59,105 bases of DNA, from contig CAVIIZ010000004.1 of the NCBI GenBank assembly GCA_963642995.1, positions 1 through 59,105 of the forward strand. Reading direction: 5' to 3'. The stretch is from a bacterium. GTDB taxonomy: Bacteria; Actinomycetota; Coriobacteriia; Coriobacteriales; QAMH01. The notes below the pieces were generated by a model. It worked only from the letters and a program-made list of their open reading frames with translations, was not told the DNA's origin and made no database searches. Both the position numbers and the translations under genes were made by a program. Positions 54,350 through 59,105 of the stretch are shown here, one piece after another (positions within the stretch are counted from its first letter, which is position 1; each line of letters starts with the position of its first letter).

Positions 54350-55585
54350 CTACCCGACGTCGAGGCCGTCCGGCCGCACGACGGAGCCGGTGCCCGTGGC
54401 CAGCGCCATCGTGTCGCGCGCGATCATCAGCTCCTCGTTGGTGGGCACGACGAGCAGCTTCACCTTCGATCGCGCGTCCGATATGACGCGCTCGGCGCCT
54501 TCCACCTTGTTGGCCTGGTAGTCGACGATGATGCCCAGGGCCTCCATGCCGCCCAAGATCATGCGCCGCATGCGCTCGCAATGCTCGCCGATGCCGCCTG
54601 CAAACGATATCGCGTCCACGCCGCCCATGATGGCGATGTAGGAGCCGATCATCTTCTTCACGCTGTGCGCGTACATATCGTAGGCCAGCGTCGCGCGCTT
54701 GTGCCCGGCGATGGTGGCGGCCTTGATGACGCGCAGGTCGTTGGAGAGGCCGGATATGCCCAGCAACCCGGACTCGCGGTTCATCAGCTCGTTTATCTCG
54801 TGGGGAGTGTAGCCTTCCTGCTCCATCAGGTAGGTGACGATGGCCGGGTCGATGTCGCCGCAGCGCGTGCCCATCATCACGCCGCCGAGCGGGGTGAAGC
54901 CCATGGACGTGTCCACGCTCATGCCGTGGTCGACCGCCGTGAGCGAGCAGCCGTTGCCCAGGTGGCAGGTGATCAGCTTCAGGTCGGCCACGTCGGCGTC
55001 GAGCAGCTCGGCGGTGCGCCGCGCGATGTAGCGGTGCGAGGTGCCGTGCGCGCCGTAGCGGCGTATGCCGAAGCGTCCGTAGAACTCGTAGGGCAGCGCG
55101 TACATGTAGGCGTACGGCTGCATGCTCTGGTGGAAGGCCGTGTCGAAGACGACGGCGTGCGGCACGTCGCCCATGAGCTTCATGCACGCGCGTATGCACG
55201 AGAGCGCAGGCGGGTTGTGCAGGGGCGCGAGTTCCGAGCACAGCTCGATGTCGCGGATGACTCCGTCGTCTACCAGCACCGACTCGCTGAATTTCTCGCC
55301 GCCGTGCACGATGCGGTGCCCCACGGCGTCTATCTCGGAGAGGCTGGAGAGGCTGGCCTGCCCGCCGTCGGTCAAGGCCTCGATCACGGCGCGTATCGCG
55401 TCCAGGTGCTCGTCCATGGGGCGCTCGACGACGTTGTAGCCGCATGTGCCGCGCCATATCTTGATAAACGATCCGGGCTCGCCGATTTTCTCGCACAGGC
55501 CCTTTGCGACGACGCTCTCGTCGCTCATGTCGATGACCTGGTATTTCAGCGAGGAGCTGCCCGCGTTGACGACCAGAACCTTCAT
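54350..55585 (-). CDS. ackA: Acetate kinase (acetate/propionate kinase family)
   Basis: MKVLVVNAGSSSLKYQ.., ..HRIVHGG.., ..CHLGNG.S.. motifs. Confidence 0.93.
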   Translation of the reverse strand: MKVLVVNAGSSSLKYQVIDMSDESVVAKGLCEKIGEPGSFIKIWRGTCGYNVVERPMDEHLDAIRAVIEALTDGGQASLSSLSEIDAVGHRIVHGGEKFSESVLVDDGVIRDIELCSELAPLHNPPALSCIRACMKLMGDVPHAVVFDTAFHQSMQPYAYMYALPYEFYGRFGIRRYGAHGTSHRYIARRTAELLDADVADLKLITCHLGNGCSLTAVDHGMSVDTSMGFTPLGGVMMGTRCGDIDPAIVTYLMEQEGYTPHEINELMNRESGLLGISGLSNDLRVIKAATIAGHKRATLAYDMYAHSVKKMIGSYIAIMGGVDAISFAGGIGEHCERMRRMILGGMEALGIIVDYQANKVEGAERVISDARSKVKLLVVPTNEELMIARDTMALATGTGSVVRPDGLDVG

Positions 55586-55849
55586 GCAGCGCTTGCCCCC
55601 TCTCGCCTTGCAGCGCTCGGACGTGGACTTCGGTTCCCCTTCTCCCAGGGCGGATGCGCCATGTGCGTGCGGCGCGCCCTTCTTGCCATTCGAGGGGACA
55701 TTTTCCCACGCGCGAAGCGAAAGGGTAAACAGCTAGTCAGCCGAACGGCGCGGCGTGCGCGAGGGCGGCGCCGCGGGCGGCATGCGGCACGGGCGACGTG
55801 TGGCATGCGCCGCGCTTGCGACAGGAGGTGCAGGCGAAAGGCACGCGCC

Positions 55850-56203
55850 CTACTTCTCGGGAAACATCCCCTCGGGCATCTTCTCGCCGCCGCACACGTG
55901 CACATGCCAGTGCTTCACCGTCTGCGAGGCGTCCTCGCCGGTGTTCACGATCAGGCGAAAGCCGTCCTCGGCGATGCCGCAGATGCCGGCCACCTTCACA
56001 GCCGCATCGAAAAGGCGCCCCTTCAACTCGGTCGGCACGCCGTCGGCGATCGAGGCGTAGTGGTCCTTGGGCACCACCAGCACGTGCACGGGCGTCTGCG
56101 GGCTCGCGTCCTTGAACGCGGCGCACAGCTCGTCTTCGTAGACCATGTCCGTCGCCATCTCGCCGTTTGCTATCTTGCAGAAAATGCAGTTCTCGTCTTT
56201 CAC
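55850..56203 (-). CDS. HIT (histidine triad) family nucleotide hydrolase/transferase
   Basis: CIFCKI N-terminus and the HWHVHVCGG histidine triad. Confidence 0.9.
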   Translation of the reverse strand: MKDENCIFCKIANGEMATDMVYEDELCAAFKDASPQTPVHVLVVPKDHYASIADGVPTELKGRLFDAAVKVAGICGIAEDGFRLIVNTGEDASQTVKHWHVHVCGGEKMPEGMFPEK

Positions 56204-56295
56204 GGTGAATTTCCCTTCTCGCTCGCCTTCTCCATCTGCCCGCTCGCCCGCCCGCCTGCGCCATGCACCGGACGGACGTTTGCGCCGGACGGGCC

Positions 56296-56565
56296 CTAGC
56301 TGAGCTTCGTGTCTATCTCGCCGGTGTCGGCATCGTCGAGCTTGCCCATCAGCTCGGTGATGGTGAGCTGCGCGGTGTCGAGGCGCTTTTGCAGGTCGGC
56401 CAGCACCTCCACCCCCAGTTTGTAGCTCTCGATGCTGTCCTCCAGCTCCAGCTGGTTGCTCTCCAGCTGCCCCACGATGCCCTCAAGCTTCTCCAGACCC
56501 TGCCTGAAGCTCATGGCCTCGATTTCCTCTTTGCTCATCTGCATGCTCTTTTTCGCTTCCGCCAT
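56296..56565 (-). CDS. xseB: Exodeoxyribonuclease VII small subunit
   Basis: 89 aa, ..SFRQGLEKLEGIVGQLE...LELEDSI..Y..G.. family pattern. It lies downstream of xseA. Confidence 0.9.
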   Translation of the reverse strand: MAEAKKSMQMSKEEIEAMSFRQGLEKLEGIVGQLESNQLELEDSIESYKLGVEVLADLQKRLDTAQLTITELMGKLDDADTGEIDTKLS

Positions 56566-56638
56566 CTTGCCCTCCTATCGTCTCGGCCACCCTTTTTCGC
56601 AAAGCGCGGCAGGGGCGGCTCTTTTTTGCCTGCCTCGG

Positions 56639-58147
56639 CTAACTCGCCTTTTGCACTTCGTCTACCGTGCACGCCAGCTGCCCGTCGCGCAGCTGCACCC
56701 GCACCGCATCACCCGGCGCGGCCTTGCCCACGCTGTCCACGATGGTCTTTCCGTCGCGCGCGTAGGTGATGGAATAGCCGCGCGAGAGCGTCTTCAGGGG
56801 ACTGAGCGCGTCAAGGCGCGCCGCATGCACCGCAACCTGGGCGCGGGCAGCTTCCACTACGGCAGGCCCTGCGCGAAGGAGCGCCTCTTGCGAGCTGCGC
56901 AGCTCGCGGGTCTCTGCCTTTCCGAGCGCCGTCCCCGCCGACATCAAGCGCTGTCGGGCAAGTTCGAGGCGCCGCGCATCGCGCTCCAAAACCGCAGGCG
57001 CAAGCCGAACCAGGCGCCCGGCGGCCAGTTCCACGCGCTGCTCGTCGCGGGCAAGCGCGTCGGGGATGGCGCGGGACAGACGCATGGACAGCTCGTCGAG
57101 GGACTGCGCGAAAGACCCCAACACATAACGCTCGTCTTGCCATACGGGGCGCAGGCGCACCCTGTCCAGGCGGTGCGCGGCAGCCTCCAGGCGGTGTACG
57201 AGGGCCTGGGCAAGCAGCCGTTTCGCGTTGGCCACCTTCGAGCCCAGCTCGTCGGCAGAGATCCTCGTCGCGCCTTCAGCCGCCGTGGACGGCGTGGAGC
57301 AGCGCAGGTCGGCCACCATGTCGCAGATGGAGTTGTCGGGCTCGTGACCTATACCTGTGACGACGGGCACGGGGCAGGCCGCCACCGTGCGCGCGAGGCC
57401 CTCGTCATTGAAGGGCATGAGCGCCTCGTAGCTGCCGCCGCCGCGTACGAGCAAGACCACGTCGGGCGCAGGGCGCGCAGAGGCGACGGCCTCGATCGCC
57501 GCCGACATCTGGGCGGGCGCGTCGTCGCCTTCCACTTTCACCCCGAAAAACAGCAGTTCGGCCAGAGGGTAGCGTCGGCGCAGGGTGCGGACGACGTCGT
57601 GGACCGCCTTGCCGTGCGGGCTGGTGACAAGCGCGATACGGCGCGGCAGGGCGGGGATGCGGCGCTTGCGCGACGGATCCATCAGGCCTTCCGCTTTAAG
57701 CTTTGCCGCGATGCGCGCCACCTGCACGCGCAAATCGCCCTCGCCGGCAAGCGCCAGGCGCGAGACGGAGAACTGGAGGGAGCCGCGGGCGGGGTAGGCG
57801 CTGAAACGCCCTTCCATCTCGACGAGCATGCCCTGCGCCAAGGCCACGCCGCTTGCCCTGTAGACGTTGCGCCACATGATGCACGGCATGCTGGCCTTCT
57901 CGTCGCGCACGTCGAAATAGACGGCTTTGTAGCGCGCAGCATCCGTGACCTGCGAGACCTCGCCAATCACGCGCAAGCGTATCTGCTCCAAGCCGCGTTT
58001 GGCCGCATCCATCGCCTGCGTGACGCTGCAAGCGCGGCCATCATCCTCCCCGCAAGAGGCGCCTGTCCGCGCGTCGGGTGCGGGAAAGCCCGCCGGCGCG
58101 TCCGGACGCCCCTCGAAAAAGGCGTTGTCCCCGTCTTCTGCGCGCAC
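56639..58147 (-). CDS. xseA: Exodeoxyribonuclease VII large subunit
   Basis: OB-fold N-terminus ..RVIGEVSQV..YFDVRDE.. and catalytic ..LLVRGGGS.EAL..FN.E.. region. The start is GTG 58147, 9 nt after the upstream stop, with a weak RBS. Confidence 0.88.
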   Translation of the reverse strand: MRAEDGDNAFFEGRPDAPAGFPAPDARTGASCGEDDGRACSVTQAMDAAKRGLEQIRLRVIGEVSQVTDAARYKAVYFDVRDEKASMPCIMWRNVYRASGVALAQGMLVEMEGRFSAYPARGSLQFSVSRLALAGEGDLRVQVARIAAKLKAEGLMDPSRKRRIPALPRRIALVTSPHGKAVHDVVRTLRRRYPLAELLFFGVKVEGDDAPAQMSAAIEAVASARPAPDVVLLVRGGGSYEALMPFNDEGLARTVAACPVPVVTGIGHEPDNSICDMVADLRCSTPSTAAEGATRISADELGSKVANAKRLLAQALVHRLEAAAHRLDRVRLRPVWQDERYVLGSFAQSLDELSMRLSRAIPDALARDEQRVELAAGRLVRLAPAVLERDARRLELARQRLMSAGTALGKAETRELRSSQEALLRAGPAVVEAARAQVAVHAARLDALSPLKTLSRGYSITYARDGKTIVDSVGKAAPGDAVRVQLRDGQLACTVDEVQKAS

Positions 58148-58156
58148 GGCCGGGCC

Positions 58157-58885
58157 CTAGTTCCTGCCGCGTGCGATGCCGATGTAGTAGAGCAGCTGCA
58201 TGAGCGAGGTGAGCGCCGAGGCCACGTAGGTGAGGGCCGCGGCCGTGAGGACGCGCCGCGCGCCGCCCGTGACCGACTCCGGCAACGCCGTGCCGATGCC
58301 GCCTGCCACCTGCGACCCCGCGCCGCCGGCGCTGATGTATTCCAGGCCGCGCCTGGAGGCGTTGAACTCGACGGGCAAAGTGACCAGGTGAAACAGCACC
58401 GAGAAGGCAAACAGCGCGATGCCCACCCAGATGAGGCCCGTCGCGTTCAAGAAGAAACCGAGCAAGAGCAGCCAGATCCACAGCGTGGAGCCGAAGTTGG
58501 CGACGGGCACGAGGGCCGTGCGCGCCCGCATGGGCATGTAGCCGCGTGCATGCTGGACCGCATGGCCGCACTCGTGGCAGGCGACCGCCAGGGCCGAGAC
58601 GCTCGTGGAGCCGTAGACGCCTTCGGAAAGGCGCACGACAGGGCCGCGCGGGTCGAAATGGTCCGAGAGGGTGCCCGCCACGCACTCCACGGGCACGTCG
58701 GACATGCCGTTGTCGTCGAGCATGCGCCGCGCGACCTGGGCTCCCGTCATGCCCGTCTTGTTGTCGCGGTGCGAGTACTTGCTGTACGAGCGGCTGATGA
58801 AGGCCTGGGTGCAAAAGCCCAAGACGAGGCTGACCAGCACCATGGCGATGTAGCCGGAGTTCATGCCCAGAAAAGAGGCGCTCAT
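58157..58885 (-). CDS. Membrane zinc metallopeptidase (YugP-like, Zn_peptidase_2 family)
   Basis: HECGH (HExxH) motif and flanking TM helices, with family-typical ..PRGPVVRLSEGVY.. region. Confidence 0.88.
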   Translation of the reverse strand: MSASFLGMNSGYIAMVLVSLVLGFCTQAFISRSYSKYSHRDNKTGMTGAQVARRMLDDNGMSDVPVECVAGTLSDHFDPRGPVVRLSEGVYGSTSVSALAVACHECGHAVQHARGYMPMRARTALVPVANFGSTLWIWLLLLGFFLNATGLIWVGIALFAFSVLFHLVTLPVEFNASRRGLEYISAGGAGSQVAGGIGTALPESVTGGARRVLTAAALTYVASALTSLMQLLYYIGIARGRN

Positions 58886-58931
58886 GTTCCGTATCCTTTC
58901 ACACAGACGCCGCGCGCGGAGGGCGGCTCTC

Positions 58932-59105
58932 CTACCCTGCGACGACCTTGTTCCACGAGGTGGAATCTATAGCGGAGGTCCCACCGAAAACATAGCACCA
59001 CTGCCGCAGGTTGTTCCTGTTCGGCTTCACGACCTTGTCGACGTTGTTGGAGTTCTTGTCGTCGGCCAAGATCAGGATCGAGTTGTTCTTGCCGCACAGG
59101 GCGGC
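58932..59105 (-). CDS. C-terminal 57 aa of a protein entering from the right edge; looks like the end of a cell-wall-binding repeat 2 (CWB2) module
   Basis: My translation of the minus frame ending at TAG 58934..58932: AALCGKNNSILILADDKNSNNVDKVVKPNRNNLRQWCYVFGGTSAIDSTSWNKVVAG. The ..ilvad....v......l....yvfGG..ai.. pattern resembles CWB2 repeats. The track ORF 58882..59097 is in another frame and R/Q-rich. Confidence 0.5.
   Translation of the reverse strand, partial: AALCGKNNSILILADDKNSNNVDKVVKPNRNNLRQWCYVFGGTSAIDSTSWNKVVAG

Noticed and set aside
58882-59097. 71-aa minus ORF from the track at the right edge
   Set aside because: The product is R/Q/E-rich low complexity. A different minus frame, open to the window edge and ending at TAG 58932-58934, gives a protein-like CWB2-type C-terminus.

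Overview
59.1-kb, visibly GC-rich (about two-thirds G+C by eye, not computed) chromosomal segment of a high-GC Gram-positive anaerobe. Gene content looks like Actinomycetota, probably Coriobacteriia/Eggerthellaceae (inference only). Most of it is housekeeping and mostly on the minus strand. Reading left to right: (1) an accessory-looking left end with a giant secreted beta-helix repeat protein that runs off the window and is absent from the ORF track, then a COG1373/DUF4143 AAA ATPase, a truncated second copy and two repeat blocks; (2) glnA, an OmpR-type regulator with a degenerate receiver, an NSS transporter and an unlisted 58-codon small membrane ORF; (3) a double-dicluster ferredoxin-like gene and a low-GC membrane-anchored gene; (4) rsmJ-like, cysK, a compact class III fbp, argC, a deacetylase, rho, tal, rsmE, mtaB, rubrerythrin, pit, an SDR; (5) a tightly coupled der-plsY-rpe-nifS-PHP-nif3-COG1579-coaBC string; (6) tRNA-Ser(UGA); (7) an S10/spc ribosomal cluster running rplC to map, lacking rpsJ at its head and infA..rplQ at its tail, with two unusually long structured internal spacers; (8) argJBDFRG with ARG-box-like dyads; (9) ackA, HIT, xseBA, a YugP-like zinc peptidase and a partial CWB2-like gene. 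Many long ORFs in the track are stop-free shadow or run-through frames typical of high GC, so start codons were re-derived from RBS and neighbour context. I found no CRISPR array, IS element, integrase, prophage or recognisable defence or toxin system, and no clear-cut novel multi-gene system. The most interesting items are the hidden surface protein, the glnA-pseudo-receiver regulator-transporter module, several candidate operators (cysK, pit, arg, ATPase repeat array) and the rearranged, spacer-containing ribosomal operon.
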